Notes: a model not told the origin generated them from the letters alone. 64,000 nt of DNA from Candidatus Omnitrophota bacterium (GCA_029261065.1 JAJDCB010000009.1:33625-97624); one strand, 5' to 3'; counted from the first letter of the stretch, positions 10,142 to 21,801 are shown. A program made the numbers and translations.

Positions 10142-10646
10142 TTTTTAATACTCTCACTATTTCCTGACAAACCTCATCATTAGATTTTCCATCTGTATCA
10201 ATAATAAATTCTGCTTGTTCATACATCTCTTCACGCAAAGCTAAAAGCTCTTTAATCTGTCCTACAGGATCTGGGACATTCATCAAAGGTCGGTGATGAT
10301 CATCTTTAACTCTTTCAAAAATTTGCTGAACCGAGGCCTTTAAATAAATCAGATGACAATACTGCTTTAAAACCTTGATATTCTCAGGATCTAAAACAAC
10401 CCCGCCACCACAATCGATGATCAACCCCTCGGTTTCCGCTATTGACTTGATAAAATCATGCTCAAGCCTACGAAAGTAATCTTCCCCTTTCTCAAAGAAG
10501 ATATCTATAATCTTATGCCCTTGCTGTTCCTCAATCTTATCATCCGTAGAAACACGCTCCATAGACATCAATTCTTCTAACTTTTTTGATGCCACAGACT
10601 TACCAGAACCCATAAAGCCAATCAGAGCTATACTCTTACTTTTCAT
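10134..10646 (-). CDS. aroK: Shikimate kinase (ATG at 10646 preferred over TTG at 10682)
   Basis: LIGFMGSGKS P-loop, GEDYFRRLE, GGGVV and RPL motifs. Confidence 0.92.
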   Translation of the reverse strand: MKSKSIALIGFMGSGKSVASKKLEELMSMERVSTDDKIEEQQGHKIIDIFFEKGEDYFRRLEHDFIKSIAETEGLIIDCGGGVVLDPENIKVLKQYCHLIYLKASVQQIFERVKDDHHRPLMNVPDPVGQIKELLALREEMYEQAEFIIDTDGKSNDEVCQEIVRVLKNE

Positions 10647-10792
10647 TGGTCGGATTGTAACATATTGGTTTTCCGCTGTCAAATTATGCCCTATATATAT
10701 AATATATATAAGATTATAACTAATTAGAGAAGAAAGGAAAAATGTGAGGTAAAATTTAAAATGGCTCTAAAATTAAAGACTAATAACACTTT

Positions 10793-11614
10793 TTAATACA
10801 AGCCGTAACCGCTTAAAACCCAATCAATTATGATATCTCCCCAAAAAAGCCCAATAATCGCCCCAGCTACTAAATAAGGCCCATAGGCGATAGTGGTATC
10901 TCCTGTTCTTAGCTTTTCAATAATACCAATAACTGATCCAAATAAAGGAGCAATAAAAAAGGTTAATATAGTGATCTCCCAACCCAAAAACGCACCAACC
11001 ATGGCTAAAAGCTTAACATCTCCCCCACCCATAGATTCCTTTTTAAACAAAAGATCTCCTAACAATCCCATAAAATACAAAGAGCCTCCTCCAACCAAAG
11101 CCCCTATTATTGAGATAGCCAAGGAATTAACATGAGCATACCAAAAAATATCAGGATGTGCAGCCACTGAATGCATTTGAGGAAGTAATGCGCTAAATAA
11201 AAAACCGAAATACATCCCCCCTACACTGACCTCATCTGGAATTATGCGATGTTCAAAATCGACAAACGTTGCAACAATAAAACATCCCATCATAAAAAGG
11301 TACGGAATGATGAGTATATTAAGTCCATAATATTGAAAAAATAAAACAAATACGATAGCTGTCAAAAATTCGATAAAAAGATATCGGAAAGAAAATTTGG
11401 CTTTACAATATCGGCATTTTCCACCTAGAAGAAAATAACTCACAAAAGGAATATTATCATACCACGCAATCGGTTTGTGGCACCCCACACAATGTGATGG
11501 TGGATTAATGACAGATTTTTCGTGCGGCATTCTGACAATACAGACATTTAAAAAACTTCCTATAGCAGAACCCATCACAAAGACAAAAATACTTATCAGC
11601 AGCATCTCATTCAC
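10793..11614 (-). CDS. pilD: Type IV prepilin peptidase/N-methyltransferase (A24)
   Basis: GSFLNVCIVR, two CxxC pairs, FVDFEHRIIPD and MGGGDVKL motifs. Confidence 0.95.
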   Translation of the reverse strand: MNEMLLISIFVFVMGSAIGSFLNVCIVRMPHEKSVINPPSHCVGCHKPIAWYDNIPFVSYFLLGGKCRYCKAKFSFRYLFIEFLTAIVFVLFFQYYGLNILIIPYLFMMGCFIVATFVDFEHRIIPDEVSVGGMYFGFLFSALLPQMHSVAAHPDIFWYAHVNSLAISIIGALVGGGSLYFMGLLGDLLFKKESMGGGDVKLLAMVGAFLGWEITILTFFIAPLFGSVIGIIEKLRTGDTTIAYGPYLVAGAIIGLFWGDIIIDWVLSGYGLY

Positions 11615-12477
11615 GGTTGTAACCCTCCTTCTAAGGCTTCTCTCATAATCTGCTTCACTTCATCGTCTAGCTCAACTTGAGCCCAATGCTGAAAGGCTAG
11701 AACACCTTGATAAAACAACATGCCCAACCCATTGGATGTCCGAGCTCCCTGCTCCCGAGCCATTCGTAACAATAACGTCTCTTTAGGATTATATATTAAA
11801 TCGTAAACAAATAAATCAGGATGTAATAAATCTTCTTCTATCAAACAAGGATCTTCTTCATTGAGCCCCATAGACGTTGTATTTATTAAGAGATCCGTAT
11901 CTCTTAGTTCTAAATCATCAACACTCATAACAGATTCAACAATATCCATATTAATACGAGAGCCTAATTCCTTTAATAATTTTTCACTACGCTCTGCCGT
12001 TCGATTATAGATCTTGATATATTCAGGCCGTTCTGGAATCATACAAAGTGTGGCTAAAATGGCTTTAGCTGATCCTCCAGCGCCTAAAACCGCAATTCGT
12101 TTATCACTCGTTTCTACCCTTAGCTCTGATAAATGAATCATAAAACCTGGCGAATCTGTATTATACCCAACAAGCTTTCTTTCCTTGTTAATAACGACAG
12201 TATTAACAGCGCCAACTTTTTCAACCAAAGGAGAAAGGGTATCTAAATATTTTAAAACTTTTTCTTTGTAGGGAACTGTAACGTTAAATCCAAATATGGG
12301 AGATGTGGACTCATGAAGGTTAGCAAAGAAATCATCTAACTCATGCTCTTCTAGCGGAAAAAGATTATATATGGCCTCGACGTCTAAAGCTTTAAAGGCG
12401 GCATTATGCATTAAGGGAGAAAGGCTGTGTTTTAGAGGGTTTCCTATGATGCCGTATTGAGAAACATGATCTTCCAT
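11611..12477 (-). CDS. aroE: Shikimate dehydrogenase
   Basis: HSLSPLMHN, NVTVPYK, GAVNT, GYNTD, LGAGG and NGLGML motifs. Confidence 0.95.
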   Translation of the reverse strand: MEDHVSQYGIIGNPLKHSLSPLMHNAAFKALDVEAIYNLFPLEEHELDDFFANLHESTSPIFGFNVTVPYKEKVLKYLDTLSPLVEKVGAVNTVVINKERKLVGYNTDSPGFMIHLSELRVETSDKRIAVLGAGGSAKAILATLCMIPERPEYIKIYNRTAERSEKLLKELGSRINMDIVESVMSVDDLELRDTDLLINTTSMGLNEEDPCLIEEDLLHPDLFVYDLIYNPKETLLLRMAREQGARTSNGLGMLFYQGVLAFQHWAQVELDDEVKQIMREALEGGLQP

Positions 12478-12482
12478 AACAA

Positions 12483-14024
12483 TTAAGAAACACCTTTTTT
12501 CTTGGCAGGAGTTTTTTGAGAAAGCACTTTATTAATGGCGTTGATATAAGCTTTAGCTGATGCTTCCAAAATGTCTGTACTCGTCCCGTGGGCAATGACG
12601 CTACTTGATTTAATCTTCGCTTTAATCGTGACCTCGCCTAAAGCATCTTTCCCTCGCGTGACCGATTGTATCGCGTAATCTAACAACTCACCTTTCACTT
12701 TTACGATCGCATCAATAGCCTTATAACAGGCATCAACCGGTCCATCACCTGTATGACTTTTATGAAATTTCTTTCCCTTACATTTTAAAACAACGTCTAC
12801 CTTAGATTTAATATCTGTACCACTCTGTGATTCTAAACTAACCAAAGACCACACTTTTTGATAAACCTTTAATTCATCCTCAACAATGGCTAATAAATCT
12901 TCATCGAAAACTTGTTTCTTTTTATCAGCAACACTCTTAAAACGTTCAAAAGCAAGATCAAGTTCTTTTCCCTTAACCGTTACTCCTAATTGTTTTAAAC
13001 GTTCTTTAAAAGCATGCCGACCTGAATGCTTCCCTAATATTAATCCCGTTCCCATAAAACCAACATCTTGGGGTAACATTATTTCATACGTTGAACGTTC
13101 TTTTAAGATACCATCTTGATGAATTCCTGATTCATGACGAAATGCGTTGTTACCAACGATCGCTTTATTAGGCGGAACAATAAACCCGGTTGATTTACTT
13201 ACCAAACGGGACACACGACAAATTTCCTTTGTATTGACTCTCGTTTTACATCTGTAAATATCAGGACGCGTTTTTATCGCCATCACAATTTCTTCCATAG
13301 ATGCATTACCTGCACGCTCTCCAATACCATTAACAGTGCATTCCACTTGACGGGCACCCTCTCGGACCGCAGACAACGAATTGGCCACAGCCACTCCCAA
13401 ATCGTCGTGACAATGAACAGAGATAATTGCCTTGTTTATATTCGGCACATTATTCTTGATATCCGCAATTAAGCTTCCATATTCTGAAGGCATACTGTAA
13501 CCAACCGTGTCAGGTATATTGACCGTTGTGGCACCCGCCTTAATAACTTCTTCTACGATCTTAAAAATAAAATCGCGCTCTGAACGTGAGGCATCTTCCG
13601 GAGAAAATTCAACATCCGCGACTTTCTTCTTGGCATATTTAACAGCATCAACAGCCATCTTTAAAATCTCTTCTTGAGACTTTTTTAATTTATATTTCAT
13701 GTGGATCTTTGACGTAGCTAAAAAGACATGAATACGATGTTTTTTGGCCATGCGAACCGCCTCATAGGATGCATCAATATCTTTTTTGATGCTTCGCGCT
13801 AATCCGCATACAATAGATTTTTTGATATTCTTGGCCACGGATTTAACGGAATTAAAATCTCCTTCTGATATGACAGGAAAACCAGCTTCAATGATATCGA
13901 CACCTAAACGTTCTAAGGCAAAGGCGATTTCAAGTTTTTCTTTCTCGCTCATACTCGCCCCAGGGGCCTGTTCCCCATCACGTAAGGTTGTATCGAATAT
14001 CAATACTCGATCGTCTTTAGCCAT
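12483..14024 (-). CDS. leuA: 2-isopropylmalate synthase
   Basis: DTTLRDGEQ, HCHDDLG, NGIGERAGN and HESGIHQDG motifs; C-terminal regulatory domain. Confidence 0.96.
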   Translation of the reverse strand: MAKDDRVLIFDTTLRDGEQAPGASMSEKEKLEIAFALERLGVDIIEAGFPVISEGDFNSVKSVAKNIKKSIVCGLARSIKKDIDASYEAVRMAKKHRIHVFLATSKIHMKYKLKKSQEEILKMAVDAVKYAKKKVADVEFSPEDASRSERDFIFKIVEEVIKAGATTVNIPDTVGYSMPSEYGSLIADIKNNVPNINKAIISVHCHDDLGVAVANSLSAVREGARQVECTVNGIGERAGNASMEEIVMAIKTRPDIYRCKTRVNTKEICRVSRLVSKSTGFIVPPNKAIVGNNAFRHESGIHQDGILKERSTYEIMLPQDVGFMGTGLILGKHSGRHAFKERLKQLGVTVKGKELDLAFERFKSVADKKKQVFDEDLLAIVEDELKVYQKVWSLVSLESQSGTDIKSKVDVVLKCKGKKFHKSHTGDGPVDACYKAIDAIVKVKGELLDYAIQSVTRGKDALGEVTIKAKIKSSSVIAHGTSTDILEASAKAYINAINKVLSQKTPAKKKGVS

Positions 14025-14025
14025 T

Positions 14026-14637
14026 TTATTGTCCTTCCTGACTCTGAAACTCTTTTATTTTCTCGCGCGTAAAACCTAAGGATACCTCAGCTTTACCACG
14101 GCCCGTTTTATTCGCATGAGCGTAAATCATAATGTCATCCATTTGCTCTTGAGTGATATGACTTTTTTTCTCACCAACAAGCCGAATATTTAAACCCCGC
14201 GTTTCTATAATCATCGGCTCTATTCCAAACTGTTTAACAAATTCTGGTAATGTTTTCTCCGAATAACCCCATTTATGATTTCCAAAGTGACCAATATAAA
14301 TATTGGATTCCCACATATTTTCCCCAAAAATAAAATCTACAAAATTGTCATATCCAAATTTGAAATAACGCGTTAAAATTTTCTTAAAATTAGGAACTTG
14401 CAACGTTACCCGACCACCAATTTTTAAAACCCTCACCCATTCATAAAATACTACATATCGCATATATTTATCAAAATGCTCCAACAAATCTTCAGCGAGA
14501 ATTTCTTCAACACTTTGATCCTCATAAGGCAAAGGTTTTGTTATATCATGAATAAGATCAGCACCCGTGGCTTTCACCGAATCAATATTGACCCAGCCTT
14601 CTAGTTTTTTTGTACCAGCACCTAAATGTAATTTCAT
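14026..14637 (-). CDS. Class I SAM-dependent methyltransferase domain protein
   Basis: KLHLGAG motif I, GWVNID, LLEHF and RVLKIGG..VPN (Methyltransf_11-like). Confidence 0.75.
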   Translation of the reverse strand: MKLHLGAGTKKLEGWVNIDSVKATGADLIHDITKPLPYEDQSVEEILAEDLLEHFDKYMRYVVFYEWVRVLKIGGRVTLQVPNFKKILTRYFKFGYDNFVDFIFGENMWESNIYIGHFGNHKWGYSEKTLPEFVKQFGIEPMIIETRGLNIRLVGEKKSHITQEQMDDIMIYAHANKTGRGKAEVSLGFTREKIKEFQSQEGQ

Positions 14638-14661
14638 AATATGAATTCTTCCTTAAACTAG

Positions 14662-14685
14662 ATAGGCATCCTCTCGGATGCCTAT
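14662..14685 (-). terminator. Perfect hairpin downstream of ilvC (possible terminator or processing stem)
   Basis: ATAGGCATCC-TCTC-GGATGCCTAT, a 10-bp stem; the U-tract is weak. Confidence 0.4.
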
Positions 14686-14717
14686 TTAATAATAAAAAAA
14701 TGATACGAGAAAGCGGC

Positions 14718-15710
14718 TTATTTATTCATCCAAGACATCATTTCCCGCAGCTTTACGCCTACTTTTTCAATCGGATGATTTTCCGAATCTTCTCGGTATT
14801 GGTCAAAATTAGGTCGACCTTTTTTATTTTCGCGCATCCATTCTCTCGCGAATTTACCCGATTGAATTTCAGAAAGAATTTTCTTCATCTCTTTACGTGT
14901 GCGATCTGTGATAATACGTGGTCCACGTGAATAGTCTCCGTATTCTGCCGTATCAGAAACACGCTTACGCATCCCCTTCACACCTTCTTCATACATCAAA
15001 TCTACAATCAACTTTAATTCATGCAAACATTCAAAATAAGCAATTTCAGGTTGGTAACCAGCTTCCGTTAAAGTTTCAAAACCTGCTTTAACAAGCTCGC
15101 TTGCTCCCCCACATAAAACACTTTGCTCACCGAATAAATCTGTTTCTGTTTCTTCTTTAAATGTCGTCTCAATTATTCCAGCACGACCACCACCAATACC
15201 TTTAGCATAAGCAAGAGCATCCTTTAAAGCGTTACCTGATGCATCTTGATAAACAGCAACCAAACAAGGAACACCTTTACCTTCTTCATATTGACGACGA
15301 ACTAATGCTCCAGGTCCCTTTGGAGCAATCATCCAAACATCCACCTCTTCCGGTGGTACAATTTGACCAAAATGAACGTTAAACCCATGAGAAAAGGCTA
15401 ATGATTTTCCTTTTTTCATATAACGCTTGATATCTTTTTTATAAAGCTCTGCTTGCACATGATCTTGTGTCAAAATTTGCAAAACGTCAGCTTCTTGAGC
15501 CGCTGTTCTAGCATCGACAGGTTTAAATCCGTCAGCAATCGCCATATCATAATTTGGTCCACCCTTTCTCTGGCTAACCAAAACATTTAATCCACTATCT
15601 CTTAAACTCAACGCTTGCCCTCGCCCTTGAATACCATATCCAATAATAGCGATGGTGCGATTATTATAAATATTTAAGTCTGCATCTTTATCATAATAAA
15701 TTTTTGGCAT
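14718..15710 (-). CDS. ilvC: Ketol-acid reductoisomerase
   Basis: [37 protein letters not shown] and SDTAEYG motifs. Confidence 0.97.
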   Translation of the reverse strand: MPKIYYDKDADLNIYNNRTIAIIGYGIQGRGQALSLRDSGLNVLVSQRKGGPNYDMAIADGFKPVDARTAAQEADVLQILTQDHVQAELYKKDIKRYMKKGKSLAFSHGFNVHFGQIVPPEEVDVWMIAPKGPGALVRRQYEEGKGVPCLVAVYQDASGNALKDALAYAKGIGGGRAGIIETTFKEETETDLFGEQSVLCGGASELVKAGFETLTEAGYQPEIAYFECLHELKLIVDLMYEEGVKGMRKRVSDTAEYGDYSRGPRIITDRTRKEMKKILSEIQSGKFAREWMRENKKGRPNFDQYREDSENHPIEKVGVKLREMMSWMNK

Positions 15711-15727
15711 AATCTAATCCTTTTTAC

Positions 15728-16708
15728 TTAAGTTAATACTTTTACAAGGTTCAAAAAGTCATCTAAATGTTTGAATTCTTTGTGAGTGGCCTCACGAATA
15801 TCGATCACATTAATTTCATCTTGTAACACTCCAACGGCCTTACCAAACTCTCCTTTATCGATCAACTCAACGGCAGCTGCTCCAAGTCTTGTGGCTAATA
15901 TACGATCTTGTCCTGAAGGGACGCCTCCGCGTTGCACATGTCCTAAGACAACAAATCTTGATTCCAAACCCGTCATCGTCGTAATCGTGTTGCCAACTTC
16001 ATGAGCCTTACCAGCGCCTTCAGCAACAACAATCATCCAGCTAATTTTTCCTCTTTTATGACCTTCTTTAATTCCTTGGCACATTCGATCATAATCAAAC
16101 TGTCGTTCAGGAATAATCACCTCTTCTGCACCCGCTCCAAGAGCCACTTCAATAGCAATGTAACCTGATTTATTCCCCATCACCTCAATGATAAATACCC
16201 GCTCCATGCTATGAGCCGTATCTCGAATTTTATCGATAGCATCTAAGGCTGTATTGACAGCGGTAAAACAGCCAATCGTTTGATCTGTGCCTTTAAGGTC
16301 ATTATCAATCGTGCCAGGCAAACCAATGACAGGAAATCCAAACTCTGCATAAAGCTCAGAAGCACCCCTATAACTTCCATCACCGCCAATCACAATCAAG
16401 GCGTCAATGTTATGTTTTTTTAAAATTTGAACGGCTTTTTCTTTTCCCTCAGGCGTACCAAACTGTGTAGATCGTGCTGTTTTTAAAATGGTCCCGCCTC
16501 GATTGATAATGTTTGATACAGAACGGTGATTGAGCGGAATAATCTCCTCATTAAAGATACCTTCGTACCCTCGGATAATCCCAACCACATCATATCCTTT
16601 ATGTATGGCACACCGAACAACACTGCGAATAGCAGCATTCATCCCTGGCCCATCACCACCAGATGTCAAAACAGCAATTTTCTTAACTTTTTTATTTAGT
16701 AATCCCAT
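15728..16708 (-). CDS. pfkA: ATP-dependent 6-phosphofructokinase
   Basis: LTSGGD, GGTIL, GGDGS, PGTIDND (ATP-type residues), EVMG and LGHVQRGG motifs. Confidence 0.95.
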   Translation of the reverse strand: MGLLNKKVKKIAVLTSGGDGPGMNAAIRSVVRCAIHKGYDVVGIIRGYEGIFNEEIIPLNHRSVSNIINRGGTILKTARSTQFGTPEGKEKAVQILKKHNIDALIVIGGDGSYRGASELYAEFGFPVIGLPGTIDNDLKGTDQTIGCFTAVNTALDAIDKIRDTAHSMERVFIIEVMGNKSGYIAIEVALGAGAEEVIIPERQFDYDRMCQGIKEGHKRGKISWMIVVAEGAGKAHEVGNTITTMTGLESRFVVLGHVQRGGVPSGQDRILATRLGAAAVELIDKGEFGKAVGVLQDEINVIDIREATHKEFKHLDDFLNLVKVLT

Positions 16709-16717
16709 ATGTATTTC

Positions 16718-18031
16718 TTAATACCGATAATGATCCGGCTTGTAAGGACCCTCGGGTTTGATATTTAGATAACTTGATTGCGCCTCTGTTAAGACATCAA
16801 GAGTGGCTCCCACCTTCTTTAAATGAAGACGAGCAACTTTTTCATCCAAATGTTTTGGCAAAACATAAACTTTATTTTCATAGTTTTTATTATTTTGCCA
16901 CAACTCAATCTGAGCCATAACTTGATTTGTAAATGAATTACTCATAACAAATGACGGATGCCCTGTAGCACAACCTAAATTAACCAATCGACCTTCAGCC
17001 AAAACAATTAATTTCTTTCCATCAGGATAAGTGTATTCATCCACTTGAGCTTTAATTTCATCGCGTTTGACATCACTACGACCATTTAAATAAGCCACTT
17101 CAATTTCTAGATCAAAATGACCAATATTACAGATAATAGAACCACTCTTCATAACATCCATATGGACACCACAAATAACATCACGACATCCTGTTGTGGT
17201 TACAAAAATATCACCCTCTTTTGCTGCCTCTGTCATAGGCTTAACTTCATAACCTTCCATACTTGCTTGAAGGGCACATATAGGATCGATTTCTGTAACA
17301 ATAACGCGTCCACCCATACCACGAAACGCTGCCGCACATCCTTTTCCAACATCACCGTAACCAGCAACGACACAAACTTTTCCAGAAATCATGACATCTG
17401 TGGCACGTTTAATACCATCTAATAGTGATTCACGACAACCATACAAATTATCAAACTTAGATTTTGTAACGGAGTCATTAACATTAATGGCTGGCATTTT
17501 AAGAGAACCTTCTTTTTCCATCTCATAAAGCCTATGGACGCCAGTTGTTGTTTCTTCAGAAAGACCAACAATGGATTCTGCAAACTGAGGATATTTTTCG
17601 TGAATAATGGCTGTCAAATCACCACCATCATCTAAAAGGATGTTCGGGCCTTTACCATCCGGCCAATTGATCGTCTGCTCGATACACCAATCATATTCTT
17701 CCAAACTCTCACCCTTCCAGGCAAAAACAGGAATGTTTTTAGCCGCAATCGCACTGGCCGCGTGATCCTGAGTTGAAAAAATATTACATGAAGACCAACG
17801 AACCTCAGCGCCTAAATCGATTAAACTTTCGATTAAAACAGCCGTCTGAATGGTCATATGGATACATCCAGCAATTCGCGCGCCTTTCAACGGTTTTTCT
17901 GATCCGTATTCTTTGCGAATAGACATCAATCCAGGCATTTCTGCCTCAGCTATATTAATTTCTTTGCGACCCCAGTCAGCCAAAGAAATATCTTTAACTT
18001 TATAATCATCTGTAGATGTAGAATTAGTCAT
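16718..18031 (-). CDS. ahcY: Adenosylhomocysteinase (SAH hydrolase)
   Basis: [47 protein letters not shown] and C-terminal KPDHYRY. Confidence 0.97.
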   Translation of the reverse strand: MTNSTSTDDYKVKDISLADWGRKEINIAEAEMPGLMSIRKEYGSEKPLKGARIAGCIHMTIQTAVLIESLIDLGAEVRWSSCNIFSTQDHAASAIAAKNIPVFAWKGESLEEYDWCIEQTINWPDGKGPNILLDDGGDLTAIIHEKYPQFAESIVGLSEETTTGVHRLYEMEKEGSLKMPAINVNDSVTKSKFDNLYGCRESLLDGIKRATDVMISGKVCVVAGYGDVGKGCAAAFRGMGGRVIVTEIDPICALQASMEGYEVKPMTEAAKEGDIFVTTTGCRDVICGVHMDVMKSGSIICNIGHFDLEIEVAYLNGRSDVKRDEIKAQVDEYTYPDGKKLIVLAEGRLVNLGCATGHPSFVMSNSFTNQVMAQIELWQNNKNYENKVYVLPKHLDEKVARLHLKKVGATLDVLTEAQSSYLNIKPEGPYKPDHYRY

Positions 18032-18060
18032 GATAACCTCTCTAATAATAATTTAATAAT

Positions 18061-19224
18061 TTAAGCTGCTACTTGAGCATCTTTTTTTAACGCATCGGCT
18101 TTATCTGTTTTCTCCCAAGCAAAACCATCCCGTCCAAAATGGCCGTAAGCCGCCGTCTTTCTAAAATTAGGACTTAATAAATCTAATGTTTTGATGATTC
18201 CTTGTGGTGATAAATCAAAATTCTTTCGAATGAGATCAACTAAGGTTTCATCAGAAACTTTTCCCGTTCCATAAGTATCTACAAAAATACTCACAGGCTC
18301 TGGATGCCCGATAGCGTAGCTAAACTGAACCAAACATTTTTTAGCAAGACCAGCGGCAACAACATTTTTAGTCACATATCGAGCCATATAAGTGGCTGAA
18401 CGATCCACTTTAGTCGAATCTTTACCGGAGAAAGCGCCCCCACCATGGGCTACAATACCACCGTAAGTATCGACAACAATCTTTCGACCAGTTAAACCAG
18501 TATCTGATTGAGGTCCGCCGACAACGAACTTTCCTGTTTCATTAATATAAAATTTTGTTTTATCATCGATCATATCACCAACGATAGGCTTTGCAATCGT
18601 ATCGATAATTTCTTGGCGAGCTTTGGCCGTAATTTTCTTGCCGGAATCATCAACAATGTCTTCTGTATGTTGACAAGCAAGAACAACAGCATCAACACGA
18701 AGAGGTTTGTCATCTTCGTATTCAATGGTAACCTGACTTTTACAATCAGGACCTAAATAATCTAATGGGCCATTTTTACGAACTTCTTCAACACGGGCCA
18801 CTAATTTGTGCGCTAACATAATCGCTAAAGGCATCAACTCAGGCGTTTCATCTGTGGCATAACCAAACATAATGCCTTGGTCTCCCGCACCACCGGTATC
18901 AACCCCTTGAGAAATATCGGGCGACTGACTGTTAATGGCATTTAAAATAGAACATGTATTACCATCAAACCCATATTTTGGATCGTTATAACCAATATCT
19001 AAAACGACTTCTCTTACTAATTTATGAACATCAACATAAGTTGTTGTTGTGATTTCTCCCCCAACAATAACTAGCCCCATAGATATAAAGGTTTCACAAG
19101 CAACGCGTCCTTTGGGATCTTCAGCTAAAACAGCATCTAAAACCGCATCGGAGATTTGATCACACACTTTATCTGGATGTCCAGCCCCAACTGATTCTGA
19201 TGTAATAAAAAATTTTCCTTTCAC
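18061..19224 (-). CDS. metK: S-adenosylmethionine synthetase
   Basis: GHPDK, GAGDQG, GLTGRKI and [14 protein letters not shown] motifs; GTG start. Confidence 0.97.
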   Translation of the reverse strand: MKGKFFITSESVGAGHPDKVCDQISDAVLDAVLAEDPKGRVACETFISMGLVIVGGEITTTTYVDVHKLVREVVLDIGYNDPKYGFDGNTCSILNAINSQSPDISQGVDTGGAGDQGIMFGYATDETPELMPLAIMLAHKLVARVEEVRKNGPLDYLGPDCKSQVTIEYEDDKPLRVDAVVLACQHTEDIVDDSGKKITAKARQEIIDTIAKPIVGDMIDDKTKFYINETGKFVVGGPQSDTGLTGRKIVVDTYGGIVAHGGGAFSGKDSTKVDRSATYMARYVTKNVVAAGLAKKCLVQFSYAIGHPEPVSIFVDTYGTGKVSDETLVDLIRKNFDLSPQGIIKTLDLLSPNFRKTAAYGHFGRDGFAWEKTDKADALKKDAQVAA

Positions 19225-19287
19225 TTATACGCCTTCCTTTCCTTTTTATTTAACCCTAAAGGGATAGGTTTGATAAAACCTAACTGA

Positions 19288-20019
19288 TTAAAATTTATCT
19301 TGCGCCTCTTTGTATGACTCCACACTTCCGATATCATACCATTTTCCTGTAAATTTAAAACCATAGACATTACTTTTTTCATGAAGCCACCGGATATAAT
19401 CGCCGGCTGTATCAGAGATCTGAACTTCCTTTAAATACTGAGAAACCAGATTTATGGTCTGCTTTGGCAGAAAATAAAAACACATGGCAATGAGGCTGGA
19501 TTTGGGCTCCTGTGGCTTTTCTTCAAAGGATGTGACCTTAAATGAATCATCTATTCCTACAACACCAAACTTCTTAGCATCCTCAATATTTCCAATATCA
19601 TAAAGACCAATGGTTACAGATTCTGGATTTTTTTGTGCATATATTATATATTCATTTAGATTATAATCAAACAAATTATCGCCCCCCACGACTATGATGT
19701 CATCTGTAACTTTCTCAGTCTGAATGACATAATCAATGTCTCCAATCGAGCCTAGCCTGTCATCAGGGGTGTTGGTACCATCATTAACTATTCTTATGGG
19801 ATGCGGACATGAGCTTTCTTGGGCCCATTTCTCAAATTGACCAGCAAATTTATTATTTGTGACCAACAATATCTCATTTAACTCCTCTAAACCTTGGATT
19901 CTATCAAGAATATAATCAACTAAAGGCCTTCCATTTATATCCAATAAGGCTTTTGGCGTGTCTTTAACCAAAGGGTATAATCTCGTTCCGTATCCTGCAG
20001 CTAATATAATCGCTTTCAT
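19288..20019 (-). CDS. NDP-sugar pyrophosphorylase/nucleotidyltransferase family protein
   Basis: ILAAGYGTRL..PKALL, GDN, FEEKP and WYDIG motifs. Confidence 0.88.
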   Translation of the reverse strand: MKAIILAAGYGTRLYPLVKDTPKALLDINGRPLVDYILDRIQGLEELNEILLVTNNKFAGQFEKWAQESSCPHPIRIVNDGTNTPDDRLGSIGDIDYVIQTEKVTDDIIVVGGDNLFDYNLNEYIIYAQKNPESVTIGLYDIGNIEDAKKFGVVGIDDSFKVTSFEEKPQEPKSSLIAMCFYFLPKQTINLVSQYLKEVQISDTAGDYIRWLHEKSNVYGFKFTGKWYDIGSVESYKEAQDKF

Positions 20020-20031
20020 CTTCTTATCCTT

Positions 20032-21801
20032 TTATTCTTTACTATTTTCTTCGTTTAAAAACGCGGGAGCTAATTCATTGAGTTTCATTCGACTAAAATT
20101 CTCAACTTCTTGTCCCGTTGATAACGACAAGGCCTCTGTCGCCAATTTTTTAGCATCTTTAAAGTTTACGCTTCGTATCATTTGTTTAATTTGTAAAATG
20201 CTTAACGGAGACATGCTGAAATCATCTAATTCTAATCCTAATAAAATTAAAGCAAGAACAGGTTCGCTACACATCTCTCCACAGAGTCCTACTGAAATTT
20301 TTTCAGCATGGGCCGCATCAATCGTTCGTTTAATCAGTCTTAAAACACCTGGGTGACCAGGTTCATATAAATCAGCCGTTTTGATATTCACACGATCAAC
20401 AGCTAATGTGTATTGAATCAAATCATTTGTTCCAATACTAAAAAAATCTACTTCTTTCGCTAAAAGATCTGCGGTCATCGCAGCTGAAGGCACCTCAATC
20501 ATAATGCCAACAGGCATCTTTTCATCAAAAGTTATATTTTCATCTTTTAAATTTTGTTTAACCTCTTTAAGAATATCATTGGCCGCTCTTAAGTCGCCCA
20601 ACCCTGTAATCATCGGGTACATTAAACGGACCTTTCCAAAAGCGGAGGCTCGCAGCACAGCTCTTAATTGTGTTTTAAAAATGTCTGGTCGAGCTAAACA
20701 AAAACGTATCGCCCTCCATCCCAAAAACGGATACATATCACGAGGAATTTGTAGACTAGAAATAAATTTATCGCCCCCTAAATCTAGACTTCTAATGGTC
20801 ACAGGGTTTGGGGCAATTTGCTCAGCCACTTGTTTATAGGCCTTAAATTGTTCTTCTTCTGATGGAAGATCAACTCGGTTCATATAAAAATATTCCGTGC
20901 GATATAAACCTATTCCGTTAGCACCATGTTTGATAATCGTAGGGATTTCTTCCGGCAATTCTAAATTAGCCAATATTTTTACTTTATGCCCATCCGATGT
21001 CTCACATGGCAGATCTTTAATTTCTTTGAATTGATCTTGAAACTCCACAATTCGAAACTGTGCATCCTTATAAATGGCTTTTGTCTCTTTTGTCGGGTTT
21101 ATTAACACAAGCCCTTTTCGACCATCAATGATAACAAAATCTTGATTACGAATTTTAAGGGTAGCATCCTTTAATCCAACGACAGCAGGAACTCCTAAAG
21201 ATTTGGCCATAATCGCGGTATGTGAAGTCTTGCCTCCTACATCTGTAGCAAAGGCTATGATATTTTGATTGTACATACTCGCTGTATCTGAAGGTGATAA
21301 ATCATGGCTTATAATAATAAGCTCTTCTGTTAAATTGTCAAAATCATGCAACTTAGATTCATCCATCAAATTTTTTAAAACACGTCGACCAATATCACTG
21401 ACATCACTCACGCGCTCTTTTAAATATTCATCTTCAATATTTGAGAAAATTTTTACATATTTCTTAAGCACTTCTGAGAAAATATACTCAGCTGAAAGTT
21501 TCTCATCGCGAATGCGTTTAATCACTTCATCTGTCAAAGATCTATCTTCTAAAACAAGCAAATGAGCATCAAAAATTTGAGCATGTTGCCCACCCAAATC
21601 TTTACTGATATTTTTTTGTATCTCTAATATCTCTTCTTTCGTCTTGATAAGGGCTTCTTCAAAACGAGCAATTTCTATTGGTATTTCCGTCTCCATTATC
21701 ACACGAGGAGCAACAACAAAATCTTGTTTATCCAAGATAAAGGATGAACCCGATGCTATACCTGGAGCGGCAGCTATTCCTTTTAAAACAATTTCTTCCA
21801 C
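20032..21801 (-). CDS. ptsI: PEP-protein phosphotransferase (PTS enzyme I)
   Basis: TSHTAIMA (phospho-His), GLYRTE, DLGGDK, IMIEVP, FSIGTNDL and CGEM motifs. Confidence 0.96.
   Translation of the reverse strand: MEEIVLKGIAAAPGIASGSSFILDKQDFVVAPRVIMETEIPIEIARFEEALIKTKEEILEIQKNISKDLGGQHAQIFDAHLLVLEDRSLTDEVIKRIRDEKLSAEYIFSEVLKKYVKIFSNIEDEYLKERVSDVSDIGRRVLKNLMDESKLHDFDNLTEELIIISHDLSPSDTASMYNQNIIAFATDVGGKTSHTAIMAKSLGVPAVVGLKDATLKIRNQDFVIIDGRKGLVLINPTKETKAIYKDAQFRIVEFQDQFKEIKDLPCETSDGHKVKILANLELPEEIPTIIKHGANGIGLYRTEYFYMNRVDLPSEEEQFKAYKQVAEQIAPNPVTIRSLDLGGDKFISSLQIPRDMYPFLGWRAIRFCLARPDIFKTQLRAVLRASAFGKVRLMYPMITGLGDLRAANDILKEVKQNLKDENITFDEKMPVGIMIEVPSAAMTADLLAKEVDFFSIGTNDLIQYTLAVDRVNIKTADLYEPGHPGVLRLIKRTIDAAHAEKISVGLCGEMCSEPVLALILLGLELDDFSMSPLSILQIKQMIRSVNFKDAKKLATEALSLSTGQEVENFSRMKLNELAPAFLNEENSKE

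Noticed and set aside
10692-10710. TATATATATAATATATATA run upstream of aroK
   Set aside because: Low-complexity AT tract beside a probable -10 box; no further support for a function.
19225-19287. Possible SAM riboswitch upstream of metK
   Set aside because: Only 63 nt with one small hairpin; no recognisable SAM riboswitch consensus.
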